Source of the DNA: Hydrolagus affinis
Lineage: Eukaryota
Length of the DNA: 64,000 nt
Direction of reading: 5' to 3'
Assembly (NCBI GenBank): GCA_012026655.1
Contig: JAAILG010000178.1
Coordinates: 62,001-126,000, forward strand
A program made the position numbers and the translations under genes. This document shows positions 63,729 through 64,000 of this stretch, one piece after another (position 1 is the first letter of the stretch; every line of letters starts with the position of its first letter). Under the pieces are notes generated by a model, which searched no databases, had not been told where the DNA came from, and worked only from the letters and a program-made list of their open reading frames with translations.

Positions 63729-64000
63729 GGGGCGCACACAGGTACAGTATTTAGATATCACAAATATTTTACCTACAGTGTAGGTGATAGCATAAGGTAA
63801 AAGATCTATTAATCACTTGTCAGTGGCAATATTTACTTTCAGAGGTAAAATGATCGCAAGTTTTCTGAAATGCAAGCCTACCTTCAAGCTGGGCGGTGGA
63901 TAAACCCACCCACCAGCACTGTGTCCATCCCACAGAAAGTCTTGTTTCTTTGCTAGATGTTCCACCATTCCATCTATCATTAATCCAGCGTGGTTCCATT

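Noticed and set aside
1-64000. CRISPR arrays, operons, rRNA or other prokaryotic systems
   Set aside because: The sequence is intron-rich vertebrate DNA; no regularly spaced repeat-spacer array or rRNA similarity seen

Overview
Eukaryotic (vertebrate) genomic DNA. It is most likely a cartilaginous fish, inferred from the repeat families and compact introns, not proven. Three genes lie on the minus strand. (1) The first coding exon of a TMEM179-family gene (382..81). (2) A complete 24-coding-exon KIF28-type kinesin-3 gene (29088..3489); the exons I assembled by hand join in phase through GT-AG introns to 3126 nt / 1041 aa. (3) The 3' part of an AHCTF1/ELYS-like gene entering from the right edge, which shows signs of decay: a compensated frameshift, stops and unrecognisable expected exons. 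The rest is intron and intergenic DNA with many tRNA(Val)-headed Deu-type SINEs, L2 and CR1 3' ends, a palindromic MITE-like family and CNE-like blocks. The most striking structure is three short Penelope-like insertions. Each has an inverted arm, a short unpaired tail (about 32-45 nt), a 12-16 bp target duplication and a degenerate hammerhead-like core. Two landed in the TATAAAT motif of other retroelement tails, and one captured a neighbouring SINE segment. Most of the supplied six-frame ORFs are spurious or are exons read through into introns.
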